Of a DNA stretch of 64,000 bases, positions 37,952-48,073 are shown piece after piece. The translations under genes and the position numbers were made by a program. A model generated the notes under the pieces. That model had not been told where the DNA came from, did no database searches, and saw only the letters and a list, made by a program, of their open reading frames with translations. Position 1 is the stretch's first letter, and every line of letters starts with the position of its first letter. Source of the stretch: an uncultured Acidimicrobiaceae bacterium (GTDB lineage Bacteria > Actinomycetota > Acidimicrobiia > Acidimicrobiales > RAAP-2); NCBI GenBank assembly GCA_963818915.1, contig CAWFTV010000015.1, forward strand, positions 98,321 to 162,320. The letters run 5' to 3'.

Positions 37952-39306
37952 ACGCGAAGGAACTCTGCCACCCGGAAGGCGAGATCGAGAGATTGGCGTG
38001 CATTGAGACGGGGGTCGCAGGTCGTCGTGTAGCGGGCCCCGAGGTCGCCCTCGAAAATCTCCTCCGCCCCACCCAGGCATTCCGTGACGTCGTCGCCGGT
38101 GAGCTCGACGTGGACCCCACCCGGCCAGGTGCCGGCGTCGCGGTGCAGCTGGAAGAACGTGCGCAGTTCCGAGAGGATGTCGTTGAAGCGACGGGTCTTG
38201 CGGCCACCGGCGCTGGTGAAGGTGTTGCCGTGCATCGGGTCGCAGGCCCACACCACGGGGTGCCCGGATCCCTCGACGGCGCGGATGAGCCGGGGCAGGT
38301 GCTCGTCGATCTTGTCGGCCCCGAACCTCGTGATGAGGGTCAGACGCCCGGGCGTGCGTGCCGGGTTGAGGCGATCGCACAGCGCCACTGCCTCGTCTGG
38401 CGAGGTCGTGGGGCCGATTTTGACGCCCAACGGATTCCCGACCCCGGAGAGGAATTCGACGTGGGCACCGTCGAGCTGACGGGTGCGGTCACCGACCCAG
38501 AGGAGGTGGGCCGAGCAGTCGAACCAGTCGCCGCTCAACGAGTCCATCCGGGTCAGGCACTCTTCGTAGGGGAGTATCAACGCCTCGTGGCTGGTCCAGA
38601 AGTCGACCTGGTGCAGCCCCACTTCGGCGCCGAGGTCGATGCCGCAGGCGGCCATGAAGCGCAACGCCCGGTCGATCTCCGCCGCGATGCTCTCGTAGCG
38701 CAAGCCTTCGGCCGAGGAGGCGACGAACTGCTGGTTCCACAGGTGGACCTGGGACAGGTCGGCGAAGCCGCCCTTGGTGAAGGCGCGCAATAGGTTGAGC
38801 GTGGAGGCCGACTGTTGGTATGCCGCCACCAGTCGGGCCGGGTCCGGACGCCGGGCCTCCTCGTCGAACGCCTCGTCGTTCACCATGTGGCCGCGGAACG
38901 AGGGAAGGTCGACGTCCCCGATGCGCTCGCTCGGGGCCGAGCGCGGCTTGGCGAACTGGCCCGCGATACGGCCGACCTTGACCACCGGCACCCCGGCGGC
39001 ATAGGTCAGCGCCACCGCCATCTGCAGAATGATCTTCAACTTGTCCCGGATGGAGTCAGCGGAGAAGTCCGCGAAGGACTCGGCGCAGTCGCCGGCCTGC
39101 AGCAGGAAGGCCCGGCCGTTCGCCACCTCGGCCAACTGGGAAGTCAAGCGCCGGGCCTCACCGGCGAAAACCAGCGGGGGGAGGGCGGAGAGCTGCACCT
39201 CGGCCTTCTTGAGCGCCTCGGCGTCGGGCCACTCGGGCTGCTGCGCCGCCGCGAACTTCCGCCACGACGCCGCGCTCCACGGTGAGGTACTCGAGAGGCT
39301 CGCCAT
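37948..39306 (-). CDS. 3-deoxy-7-phosphoheptulonate (DAHP) synthase, class II
   Basis: [15 protein letters not shown]...[37 protein letters not shown]...[14 protein letters not shown]...[19 protein letters not shown] is the plant/actinobacterial class II pattern. Confidence 0.93.
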   Translation of the reverse strand: MASLSSTSPWSAASWRKFAAAQQPEWPDAEALKKAEVQLSALPPLVFAGEARRLTSQLAEVANGRAFLLQAGDCAESFADFSADSIRDKLKIILQMAVALTYAAGVPVVKVGRIAGQFAKPRSAPSERIGDVDLPSFRGHMVNDEAFDEEARRPDPARLVAAYQQSASTLNLLRAFTKGGFADLSQVHLWNQQFVASSAEGLRYESIAAEIDRALRFMAACGIDLGAEVGLHQVDFWTSHEALILPYEECLTRMDSLSGDWFDCSAHLLWVGDRTRQLDGAHVEFLSGVGNPLGVKIGPTTSPDEAVALCDRLNPARTPGRLTLITRFGADKIDEHLPRLIRAVEGSGHPVVWACDPMHGNTFTSAGGRKTRRFNDILSELRTFFQLHRDAGTWPGGVHVELTGDDVTECLGGAEEIFEGDLGARYTTTCDPRLNARQSLDLAFRVAEFLRV

Positions 39307-39494
39307 GCCACCAGCGTAACGCCGTAGGATCCCCGTTTATGGCGACCTCCGGATTCACCCCGTCCTCCGGCGCTGTTGCATCCCCCGCTGCAGGCCTGGA
39401 GCAGGCACGATGGACGCCCCCGGGGGGACAGGACCGGGCCGTGTCCCCGATCACCCGGCTTGCCCACGTCTGAGCAGTCGGGGCCCGGCCGAGC

Positions 39495-40134
39495 CTGCCG
39501 ACTCAGGCCGCTCCGCCCGAACGGATCGGCCTCTTCGGGGGCACCTTCGACCCGCCCCACGTCGGGCACGTCGCCGTCCTGGGTGCCGTCTCGGCGGCCC
39601 TGTCCCTCGACCGGCTCCTGCTGGTGGTGGCCAACGACCCGTGGCAGAAGTCGTCGAGCCGTTCCATCACGCCCGCGGAGGACCGGTTCGCCATGGCCCA
39701 GGCCCTGGCGGAGGGGATCCCCGGCGGTCGAGGCCAGCCGGATGGAGATCGATCGGGGAGGACCCAGCTACACCGTGGCGACCGTCGAAGCCCTCCGGGC
39801 CGAGGCGCTCGCGTCCGGGAAACCTCCTCCGCAGATCTACCTGGTGATCGGGGCTGACCTGCTGCCTGACCTGGACACTTGGGAGCGGGCGGACGATCTG
39901 CGGAGGATGGTCACCCTGGCCGTCGTCTCGCGTCCGCCCACCACGACCGGGGTCGAGGTACCCCGTGCCACCCCGCCCGGCTGGCGGCTCGAGAGGGTGG
40001 ACGGCCCGCTGGTCGACGTGTCGAGCTCGGCGGTACGCGACGTCCTCGAGCGGGGCGGCCCGGTCGAGGAATTGGTGCCGGCCGAGGTGATGCATTGCAT
40101 TCGCCGCCGCAATCTGTACGCTGTCGACAGATGA
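39495..40134 (+). CDS. nadD: nicotinate-nucleotide adenylyltransferase, apparent frame change near 39723-39728 and no canonical start codon upstream of the conserved N-terminus
   Basis: Frame 0 gives RIGLFGGTFDPPHVGHVAVLGAVSAALSLDRLLLVVANDPWQKSSSRSITPAEDRFAMAQALAEGIPG. The next frame continues VEASRMEIDRGGPSYTVATVEALRAE...IYLVIGADLLPDLDTWE...VDVSSSAVRDVL. The 39495 start is only a CTG placeholder. Confidence 0.8.
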
Positions 40135-40334
40135 GCGCCCTGCCGGCCGAGACCACGGAGCTGTCCCCGCGACCCCTCGCGGTGCGCCCGGCGGCCGGCG
40201 TGCAGCTGCGGGCCGAACGGAGGGCCGAGCAGGCCCTGGCGCGCCGGGAGCGGCTTCGCTGGTCGGTCATCAGCGTGGCCATCCTCGGCTTTTCGTTCGC
40301 CGTCACCGTGGGAGTCTTGGACGTGCTCCATTGA
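40131..40334 (+). CDS. hypothetical 67-aa protein with C-terminal TM helix
   Basis: MSALPAETTELSPRPLAVRPAAGVQLRAERRAEQALARRERLRWSVISVAILGFSFAVTVGVLDVLH. Its ATG overlaps the nadD stop (ATGA) and its stop overlaps the rsfS TTG (TTGA). Confidence 0.5.
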   Translation: MSALPAETTELSPRPLAVRPAAGVQLRAERRAEQALARRERLRWSVISVAILGFSFAVTVGVLDVLH

Positions 40335-40720
40335 GCCCAGGGCTCGACGTCCACGTTCAGCTCCCGGCGGCGGCCGCCACGGCGGCCGAAGCGGCCGAGG
40401 CCAAGCTCGGGCAGGACACGGTCGTCTTGGCCATGACCGAGCTCTTCGGTGTCGTCGACGCGTTTGTCATCACCAGTGCACCGAATAGCCGGCACGTCCG
40501 CACCTTGGTCGAAGAGATTGAGCGCCAGGTCAAAGAAGCTCATCAGCTGTCGCCGGTGCGCGTGGAAGGGTTGCAGGACGCCACCTGGGTCCTGATGGAC
40601 TATGGCGACTTCATCGTCCACGTCTTCTTACAGGAGACGCGCGAGTACTACGACCTCGAGCATCTCTGGTCGGGCGCTCCCCGCGTGGAGTGGAAGGGCG
40701 CGGTCAAGCACGTCGGCTGA
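40331..40720 (+). CDS. rsfS: ribosome silencing factor RsfS (iojap family)
   Basis: AEAKLGQDTVVLAMTELFGVVDAFVITSAPNSRHVRTLVEEIE...WVLMDYGDFIVHVFLQETREYYDLEHLW. Confidence 0.92.
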   Translation: MSPGLDVHVQLPAAAATAAEAAEAKLGQDTVVLAMTELFGVVDAFVITSAPNSRHVRTLVEEIERQVKEAHQLSPVRVEGLQDATWVLMDYGDFIVHVFLQETREYYDLEHLWSGAPRVEWKGAVKHVG

Positions 40721-40753
40721 CCGCGCCAACTGGTCGGCGGCTGACGGCGCCGG

Positions 40754-41338
40754 CTACGCCTTCCCGGTGACGAACTGCGAAACGTAGACGGGCCCGGGGA
40801 CTTGGGCCCCGCTCGCCACGGGGACGCTCGTCTGCTCCCCCTCGATCTGGAAGATCACCCCGGTGGCGGGGCCGCTCTCCGCGGCTACCGTGGCCACCAC
40901 TTGGGCCACGGCCAACTCGGTGTTCGTGCCCGTGATCTGACCGAAGGCCTCGTTCAGGTTCACGGTGACCACCGAACCCTGGGTCGTGACAGAGAGCACC
41001 GCCACATCGGTCGGGATGGCGGTGCCGATGCCGAGTTGCGCCTCGGATTGATCCGGGCCGGCGAAGAGGGCGGTGAGTATCGACTTCAGTGGCGCGGGTA
41101 TCTGGACCACTCGCTGGCGTGGCACCAACCCATCCGTCGGTCCCAACAGATAGATGGTCACGTTCACCGAGGCGCGGGGCTGTGTCGTGGAGGTGCTCGG
41201 CAGGTTGGGGCTCACCAGCCCGGGAGGAACTCGGCTCGAGGAGACGGCACTCGGTTGCTGCTGGGTCGGGATGCCGCAGCCGGCGGCGAGCAGGCCGCCG
41301 ACGATGGCGGCGCAGAGGACCAGTCGACGCTTCACCAC
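40754..41338 (-). CDS. lipoprotein with GerMN-like domain (short LpqB-position protein)
   Basis: The signal and lipobox are VKRRLVLCAAIVGGLLAAGCG. Next come VNVTIYLLGPTDGLVPRQRVV...ILTALFAGP. It lies directly downstream of, and overlaps, the mtrB-like kinase gene, as lpqB does in actinobacteria. Confidence 0.7.
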   Translation of the reverse strand: MVKRRLVLCAAIVGGLLAAGCGIPTQQQPSAVSSSRVPPGLVSPNLPSTSTTQPRASVNVTIYLLGPTDGLVPRQRVVQIPAPLKSILTALFAGPDQSEAQLGIGTAIPTDVAVLSVTTQGSVVTVNLNEAFGQITGTNTELAVAQVVATVAAESGPATGVIFQIEGEQTSVPVASGAQVPGPVYVSQFVTGKA

Positions 41339-42833
41339 GGGATCTCGGTCTCGTCGTCGAGCACGGGCAAGGTGATCACGAAGCGGGCACCGCCGCTTGG
41401 CGAGGACTCGACCCAGACCTGCCCGTGCATCAGGCGCATGTGCTCCGCCACCAAGGCCAGGCCGAGTCCGGAGCCGGTGCCCGTGCCCCGCCGTCCCGAG
41501 GCCGACCCGCGATAGAAGCGTTCGAAGACCTTGGTCCGCTCGATGGGGTCGATGCCCGGCCCCGAGTCGTCGACGGCGATCTCGACCGTGTCGGGTGGTC
41601 CCCCCGACCTGACGCCGGCCGCGGCACCGCCGCCGACCCCGGCGTCGACGCCGCCCACGCCCACGCGGGCCCCATCGACGCCGTTGGCCCGGTGCACCGC
41701 CCCCACGCTGATCTCAGTGGCCCCTCCGCCGTAGTACGCCGCGTTCTCCAACAGGTTGGCCATCACACGTTCGAATCGACGCTTGTCGACACCGACACGC
41801 AGCCGATCGACCTCGGGCGCGATCACCACGTCCGGCGCGGGTGCTTCGTTCCCCATGTCGCGGACGGCCGCCTCGACGGCTCGCTGCACCAGTTCCCCCG
41901 GGTCGACCTCCTCGAGGAACACATCAATGGAGCCGGCGTCGGCCCGGGACATCTCGAGCAGATTGCCGACCATGCGCTGGAACCGTCGCAAATCGTCGCC
42001 CAGGAGTTGCAGAGCGCGCCGGGCCCGCGGGGGCAGGTTGTCATTGTCCGCCTCGAGCACCTCGAGCGAGGCCGACAGCGTGGTGAGGGGAGAGCGCAGC
42101 TCGTGGCTGACGTCGGAGTTGAAGCGCGCCTCGCGCTCGATACGAGCCTGGATCTCGTCGACCATCGTGTTGAAACTGCTGGTGAGGCCCTCGAGATCGG
42201 GATCGTTGGTCTCGGGCGCCAGGCGGGTGTCGAGTTGACCCCCTGCGATGGCGACCGCCGCCCGGGAAACCCCGGCCAACGGGCGGAGCAGTCGCCGGCT
42301 GGCGAAACGCCCGAGCGCGGCACCGAGCAGGGTGGTGACCACGCCGGCCACGATCAAGGTGACCTCGAGTACCCCCAGCGTGTGCGCCAGGTCGGAGAGC
42401 GAGAACACCTGGTAGTACGCGGCGTGGACGGAGGGAATGGGCACGCCTACGACGATCTGGGGTTGGCCCTGGGCTCCGGCATCGTAGGTCTGGGTGGCGA
42501 CGTTCCCCGTCGAGACCTCGGCCCGCAGTTCGGCGGGGACGAGGCCTCGTCGAGGGAGAGTGATGACGAATACGGCGTCCCGTTGTGCACCAGCAGGGAG
42601 TCGGAGTCCGACCCGACGTCGAGGGAGGCCAACTTGGCGGCGTACTGGGTGTTCCCCGACGCGATGTATTGCTGCATCACCAGGGCGTTGGCGAACGCTT
42701 GGTTCAGCGCCGCCGCCTCGCGCTCGGCCAACAGGAAGTGGCGGGTGGTGAAATACGACAGGCTCCCCATGCTGAAGGAGAGGAGAAGGGCCCCCAGGGC
42801 GAAGATGACCGTGATGCGGGCACCGATGCCCAC
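41332..42833 (-). CDS. mtrB: sensor histidine kinase, MtrB-like; apparent single-base deletion near 42540-42560
   Basis: The N-terminal frame (track ORF 42447..42833) gives MGIGARITVIFALGALLLSFSMGSLSYF...LLVHNGTPYSSSLSLDE. The other frame (track ORF 41332..43329) continues GLVPAELRAEVSTGNVATQTY..., then TM2, HAMP, FNSDVSHELRSPLT, an N-box LLENAAYYGG and GSGLGLALV. The span is 1502 nt, which is not a multiple of 3. Confidence 0.82.
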
Positions 42834-43517
42834 CTAGGGCACCAGCTTGTAGCCCATGCCCCTCACGGTGAGAATGTGCTGAGGCAGCGCGGGGTCGGCC
42901 TCGACCTTGGTCCGCAAGCGCCGTATGTGCACGTCGACCAGACGCCCGTCGCCGAAGTAGTCGTATCCCCAGACCCGGTCGAGCAGCTGCTCGCGGCTGA
43001 GCACCTTGTTCGGGCTGGCGGCCAATTCGCACAAGAGACGAAACTCGGTCCGGGTGCAGTGCACCTCGGTCCCATCGGCATGGCGCAGCACGCCCTGATC
43101 GGGCAGGAGTTGCAAGGTCCCGAACGACAGCGCACCCGGGTCCTCCTCGGTCGGGCGGGCCCGCCGCAGCAGGGCGCGTATGCGGGCGGCCAGCTCCTTC
43201 GCCACGAAAGGCTTGGTCACGTAGTCGTCGGCCCCCGCCTCCAGCCCGGCCACCACATCGTGGGTGTCGGCCCGCGCCGTGACGATGATGATGGGGACGG
43301 CGCTCTGGCGCCGGAGGGCCCGGCAGCACTCGAAGCCGTCCATGCCGGGCAACATGATGTCGATCAGCGCCACATCGGTGGGCGATTCGGCGAAGATCTC
43401 CAGTGCCTCCTCGCCGCTGGCGACGTCCCTTACGTCGTAGCCCTCACCCTCTAGACCGAGGCGCATCGACGAACGGATCCGTTCGTCGTCCTCGACCACC
43501 AGAATGCGTCCGCTCAT
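42834..43517 (-). CDS. mtrA: OmpR-family response regulator, MtrA-like
   Basis: ILVVEDDERIRSSMRLGLEGEGYDV...ALIDIMLPGMDGFECCRALR...ADDYVTKPF...LTVRGMGYKL. It is followed immediately (TAG then GTG) by the kinase gene. Confidence 0.88.
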   Translation of the reverse strand: MSGRILVVEDDERIRSSMRLGLEGEGYDVRDVASGEEALEIFAESPTDVALIDIMLPGMDGFECCRALRRQSAVPIIIVTARADTHDVVAGLEAGADDYVTKPFVAKELAARIRALLRRARPTEEDPGALSFGTLQLLPDQGVLRHADGTEVHCTRTEFRLLCELAASPNKVLSREQLLDRVWGYDYFGDGRLVDVHIRRLRTKVEADPALPQHILTVRGMGYKLVP

Positions 43518-43523
43518 ATCTGC

Positions 43524-45182
43524 TCAACTCAACCAGATCTGCGTCGGCCAGATGGAGCCGCCGATCATTCCGTAGGCCGGTGCGCCGCTCGGCGTCGTGG
43601 GGTTGTTCCAGTTCTGGACCTTGAGTGCGCTCTCGACCGACCACACGGCGCGATCGGTCCAGAGATAGGGCAGGTCGATGGCGAGGCGCTTGTTGACCGT
43701 CTGATAGGCCTTGGCGCGCACGGCCGGGTCGGAGCTCTGGCGGCCGAGCTCGAGGGCGGCCTGCAGTTGGGGATCCGTGTTGCGGGCCATATTGATGGAG
43801 AGGCTGCTCGAGAGGATGGTGGTGGTGCTCCAGAAGATGTAGTTGAGGTCGGGGTCGACCGCGCCGAACTGCCGCCACTCTAGGGCCTCGAACGTCCCGG
43901 CCAGCGCGTTGTTGATGAGGTCGTTCTGCTCGACGATCGTGTTCTTGACCACGAATCCGACATTCTGCCAGGCCTGCTGGAGGTACTCCTGTTCCCGCAC
44001 GGCCGCCGGTCCGTTGGTCGAGCCGAAGGTGAAGGTCACCGGTTTTCCGGTCGACTTTTCCACCTGCTTGACCAATTTCTTGGCTTCGGTCGGGTTGTAG
44101 GAGGGATAGGCCGTGGTGGAGTAATACGGGGAGCCTGGCGTGAACAGCCCGTCGCTGACCGGGAGGACGTTGTCGTCGATCTCCTTGGCGTACTGCGGGC
44201 GGTTGATCGCCATGGCGGCCGCCCGGCGGACGCTGGGGTTGTTGAACGGCTCGGCAGCCAGGTTCAACAGGATGCAGTTCATGTCCGGCTCGCCGACCAA
44301 GTGGGTGCTGTCGTCGATGTAGGCGTACTGCTTGTTGCCACGGAACTGCGTGATGATCTGGGGGGTGTCGGTGACCATGATGTCGATGGTCCCGGACTTG
44401 AGCGCTTCCGCCCGGGCGTTCTCGTCGATGATCGGCTTGAAGGTGATCTCGTCGAGGTAGGGGAGCCCGGGCCGCCAGTAGTGGGGGTTGGCCGTGGCCG
44501 TGAAGTGGCTGTTGGGCACCCACTCCTTGAACACGAACGGACCGGTGCCCACCGGTTGCGACGTCCCGCCGTTGGGAGCCGACAGCATGGACGGGGCGCA
44601 CATGTAGGCGGACTGCCCGCCGATGCCGCCGGCCAGATAGAGCGGGAACGAGACCCAGGGCGATTTGAACGTCAGCGTCACCGCGTTCGGCCCGGACTGG
44701 GTCAGGGTGTCCAGGATCGGCACGAGGATCAGGGTGCCGAGGAGCAGGGAGGCCTTCTGGGCTTCGAAGTTGGTGAGAAGGGCGGCCCCATTGCACGCCG
44801 TGCCGTCGTGGAAGACCACGTTCGGCCTGACCGTGATGGTCCAGGCGGTGTGGTCTGCGTTGGGGGTCACGGACTCGGCCAGGTACGGCTCCCAGGTGCC
44901 GGCGGCATTGACGATGGTCAGCGGGTCGAAGACCGTGCGGGCGTACATGACCCCGACCTCGTCGAACCGGGCCGTGGTGGGATTGAATCCCGACTCCTCG
45001 GCGTCCACCCCGAAGACGAGTGAGCCGCCCTTCTTGGGTTTGGCCTTGGAGATGCCGTTCCGTCCCGGACCGTTGGTCGTTGCGCCTGCCGCGCCCAGCC
45101 CGAGGGCGGACGCACCGGCGAGGCCGGCCGCCGTGGCGGCGGCTCCGACCAGCAACGTGCGGCGGTTGAACGGCTCTCCCAT
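43524..45182 (-). CDS. ABC transporter substrate-binding protein, family 5 (peptide/nickel type), Tat-like signal
   Basis: The protein starts MGEPFNRRTLLVGAAATAAGLAGASALGLGAAGA. Its size of about 550 aa and segments such as FGVDAEESGFNP fit the family. The second ATG (45182) is preceded by AGGAGGGAGG. The stop lies 6 nt from the mtrA-like start. Confidence 0.8.
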   Translation of the reverse strand: MGEPFNRRTLLVGAAATAAGLAGASALGLGAAGATTNGPGRNGISKAKPKKGGSLVFGVDAEESGFNPTTARFDEVGVMYARTVFDPLTIVNAAGTWEPYLAESVTPNADHTAWTITVRPNVVFHDGTACNGAALLTNFEAQKASLLLGTLILVPILDTLTQSGPNAVTLTFKSPWVSFPLYLAGGIGGQSAYMCAPSMLSAPNGGTSQPVGTGPFVFKEWVPNSHFTATANPHYWRPGLPYLDEITFKPIIDENARAEALKSGTIDIMVTDTPQIITQFRGNKQYAYIDDSTHLVGEPDMNCILLNLAAEPFNNPSVRRAAAMAINRPQYAKEIDDNVLPVSDGLFTPGSPYYSTTAYPSYNPTEAKKLVKQVEKSTGKPVTFTFGSTNGPAAVREQEYLQQAWQNVGFVVKNTIVEQNDLINNALAGTFEALEWRQFGAVDPDLNYIFWSTTTILSSSLSINMARNTDPQLQAALELGRQSSDPAVRAKAYQTVNKRLAIDLPYLWTDRAVWSVESALKVQNWNNPTTPSGAPAYGMIGGSIWPTQIWLS

Positions 45183-45300
45183 CGTCCCTCCCTCCTGTCC
45201 ATCTTGCCCCACCAGACGGACCTACCCCAGCGGGCCCCCCTCTGGGTTGCTGCACAGTAGTGCCCAGGCCAGCGTGTGGGGGCCCGGGTACCCTTGATCC

Positions 45301-46194
45301 ATGACCCAGAGCGGGGACGATCAGGCGCACGTCGTTCCGGCGGCGTGGCACCTGTCCGGCTTCGGGGATTGGTTGAGCGGTCGCGCCGAGGCCACCCGTC
45401 GGGCCTACGTGGGGGACCTGACCTCGTTCGCCGAGTGGATGGGGCGCAGCGAGGTCACCGCACCGGAGGGGGTGGATCGCCTGCACCTTCGCCGGTACCT
45501 GGCCTCCCTCAGCACCCGACAGCTGGCCCGGGCCACGGTGGCTCGCAAGGCGGCTGCGCTGCGCTGCTACTTCGCCTGGGCGCTCCGACAGGGTCTCGTG
45601 CCGGCCGACCCGGCCCGCACACTGCGGGCCCCCTCGGGCAAGGGCCGCCTGCCCCGGGTCCTCTCGAGCGGGGAGATCGGGACGCTCCTCGACGGGGCGG
45701 GCTCCTCGGCGACTGAGCTGCGGGACCAGGCGGCACTCGAGCTGCTCTACGCCGCCGGTCTGCGGGTGTCCGAGCTCTGTGGACTCGACCGCCGCGGTGT
45801 CGATCTGGCCGGCCGGACGGTGACCGTCCTGGGCAAGGGAGGAAAGGAGCGACGCGTCCCGATCCACGATCAGGCCGCGGCCGCGCTGGGCGAGTGGCTG
45901 CGCGCCGGGCGTCCCGAGATGCCCGGCCCCCACGAGGCGGTCTTCGTGAACCGACGGGGCTCCCGCATGGGACCGCGCGACGTCCGCCGGATCCTCGACC
46001 GCCTGGCGGCCGCCCCCACGCACCCCCATGCGCTCCGCCATACCTTCGCCACCCACCTCCTCGACGGCGGGGCCGATCTGCGGGTGGTCCAGGAACTACT
46101 CGGGCATGCCAGCCTCGCCACCACGCAGATCTACACGCACGTGAGCAAGGAGCGCCTGCGGGCCGTGTACGAGGGAACGCACCCCCGGGCCTGA
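45301..46194 (+). CDS. xerC: tyrosine recombinase XerC
   Basis: [16 protein letters not shown]...LRRYLASL...[12 protein letters not shown]... The catalytic region is [11 protein letters not shown]...[39 protein letters not shown]. It has the conserved position upstream of rpsB. Confidence 0.88.
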   Translation: MTQSGDDQAHVVPAAWHLSGFGDWLSGRAEATRRAYVGDLTSFAEWMGRSEVTAPEGVDRLHLRRYLASLSTRQLARATVARKAAALRCYFAWALRQGLVPADPARTLRAPSGKGRLPRVLSSGEIGTLLDGAGSSATELRDQAALELLYAAGLRVSELCGLDRRGVDLAGRTVTVLGKGGKERRVPIHDQAAAALGEWLRAGRPEMPGPHEAVFVNRRGSRMGPRDVRRILDRLAAAPTHPHALRHTFATHLLDGGADLRVVQELLGHASLATTQIYTHVSKERLRAVYEGTHPRA

Positions 46195-46353
46195 CGGGAG
46201 CGGGCCGTGAGCGGGCCGTGACGCGGCTACAATGGAACGGCCCGCCGAGCGGTGGGCGGCACCACTGACCAACACGCACCTTGGCGCGAACACCGGTCGC
46301 CCCGCACCTTCGGGGTGCTGCGCCCTGGGGAGCAACCGAACGGAGGAACATTT

Positions 46354-47262
46354 ATGGCCGTCGTTTCCATGCGACAGCTGCTGGAGGCCGGGGTTCATTT
46401 CGGCCACCAGACACGCCGATGGAACCCGAAGATGAAGCGCTTCATTCTGGGCGAGCGCAACGGGATCTATCTCATCGACCTGCGGAAGACCCTGACCGGG
46501 GTCGAGTCCGCCTACTCCTATGTCCGCGACCTGGTCGCCGGGGGCGGGACCATCCTGTTCGTCGGGACCAAGAAGCAGACCCAGGGCCCGGTGGCCGAGT
46601 ACGCCGAGGCCTGTGGCATGCCCTTCGTCAACCAGCGCTGGCTGGGCGGCATGCTCACCAACTTCGCCACCGTGTCCGGGCGGGTCAAGCGCATGCAGGA
46701 GCTGCGGACCATGGAGGCCGCCGGGGACTTCGAGGGCATGCCCAAGCGTGAGGCGCTGCAGCACACCCGCGAGCTGGAGAAGCTCAGCCGGAACCTGGGC
46801 GGCATCGCCAACCTGGAGCGGCTTCCCAACGCCATCTTCGTGATCGACACCAAGAAGGAGCACATTGCGGTCACCGAAGCCCGCAAGCTGGGCCTCCCGG
46901 TGGTCGCGGTCGTCGACACCAACTGTGATCCCGACGTCATCGACTACGTCATCCCCGGGAACGACGACGCCATTCGCTCCGGGTCGCTCATGTGCCGGGT
47001 GCTGGCCGACGCGGTCGTCGAGGGCCGGTTCATCGCCGACTTCCGGCGTAAGAACGCGCCGCCGCCGACCGAAGAGGTGAGCTCGGGGCCCTCACCCCGC
47101 CCGCGCCGCCCGCCCGCTCCGCCCGCGCCCACACCGACCGAGCCCGAGGCCGCGGTGCCCGCAGAGGCCGGGGCCGCGGAAGCCACGCCGACGCCGCCTG
47201 CGGCGGCCGACGGTGATGCCGAGTTGGCCGAGGTCGCCACTGGCGCCCCGGCGGAGGCCTGA
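46354..47262 (+). CDS. rpsB: 30S ribosomal protein S2 (with Pro/Ala-rich C-terminal tail)
   Basis: [49 protein letters not shown] precedes the ATG at 46354. Confidence 0.96.
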   Translation: MAVVSMRQLLEAGVHFGHQTRRWNPKMKRFILGERNGIYLIDLRKTLTGVESAYSYVRDLVAGGGTILFVGTKKQTQGPVAEYAEACGMPFVNQRWLGGMLTNFATVSGRVKRMQELRTMEAAGDFEGMPKREALQHTRELEKLSRNLGGIANLERLPNAIFVIDTKKEHIAVTEARKLGLPVVAVVDTNCDPDVIDYVIPGNDDAIRSGSLMCRVLADAVVEGRFIADFRRKNAPPPTEEVSSGPSPRPRRPPAPPAPTPTEPEAAVPAEAGAAEATPTPPAAADGDAELAEVATGAPAEA

Positions 47263-47264
47263 TC

Positions 47265-48059
47265 GTGGCGAACTTCACCGCGAAGGACATCCAACGACTG
47301 CGCCAAGCCACCGGAGCCGGCATGCTCGACTGCAAGAAGGCGCTCGAGGAGGCCAACGGAGACTACGACGCCGCGCTCCAGTACCTGCGGCTCAACGGCC
47401 TCGCCGGCGCGGCCAAGCGGGCTGACCGGGAGGCGACCGAGGGTGCCGTGACCGCCGTCCGGGCCGGCGACGCCGCGGCCGTGGTCGAGCTCCGTTGCGA
47501 GACCGACTTCGTGGCCAAGGCCGACGAGTTCGTCGCCTTCACCGACGAGCTCGGAGCATTGGTGGCCGCCAAGGGCGAGGGGGCCATCGGCGAGCTGAGC
47601 GACGAGGTCGACCGGCTCCGCACCACGCTGAAGGAGAACATCTCCATCGGTAAGGTGCGCCAGCTGGTGGCCGAGCCGGGCCAGGTGGTCGACACCTACA
47701 CCCACCTCCAGGCCGGTCGCGGCGTGAACGCGGTGGCGGTGGTCATCGAAGGGGGCGACGAAGAGCTGGCCCACAACATCGCCGTCCACATCGCCTTCAC
47801 CAAGCCGGCGTACCTGAGCCGCGACGAAGTCCCCGAGGCGGACATCGAGGCCGAGCGGGCCACCGTGGCGGAGATCAGCCGCAACGAGGGCAAGCCGGAG
47901 GCGGCTCTGGAGAAGATCGTGGACGGTCGCATGAACGGATGGTTCAAGGACCGCGTCCTTTTGGACCAGTCCTACGTCAGGGACGAGAAGCAGACGATCG
48001 CGGGCATGCTCGGATCGGCGCGGATCGTTGCGTTCGCTCAGGTCGTCATCGGCGCCTGA
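47265..48059 (+). CDS. tsf: translation elongation factor Ts
   Basis: ANFTAKDIQRLRQATGAGMLDCKKALEEANGDYDAALQYLR. Confidence 0.96.
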   Translation: MANFTAKDIQRLRQATGAGMLDCKKALEEANGDYDAALQYLRLNGLAGAAKRADREATEGAVTAVRAGDAAAVVELRCETDFVAKADEFVAFTDELGALVAAKGEGAIGELSDEVDRLRTTLKENISIGKVRQLVAEPGQVVDTYTHLQAGRGVNAVAVVIEGGDEELAHNIAVHIAFTKPAYLSRDEVPEADIEAERATVAEISRNEGKPEAALEKIVDGRMNGWFKDRVLLDQSYVRDEKQTIAGMLGSARIVAFAQVVIGA

Positions 48060-48073
48060 GGCGTAGCGCAAAG

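Noticed and set aside
43444-46056. 870-aa minus-strand ORF
   Set aside because: It is out of frame with the solute-binding protein gene and antisense to xerC. Its composition is Arg/Gly/Pro-rich nonsense.
45301-46194. Tyrosine recombinase as the integrase of a mobile element
   Set aside because: It has XerC-type motifs and the conserved position upstream of rpsB-tsf. There are no flanking att-like repeats, no tRNA target and no phage or ICE cargo genes.
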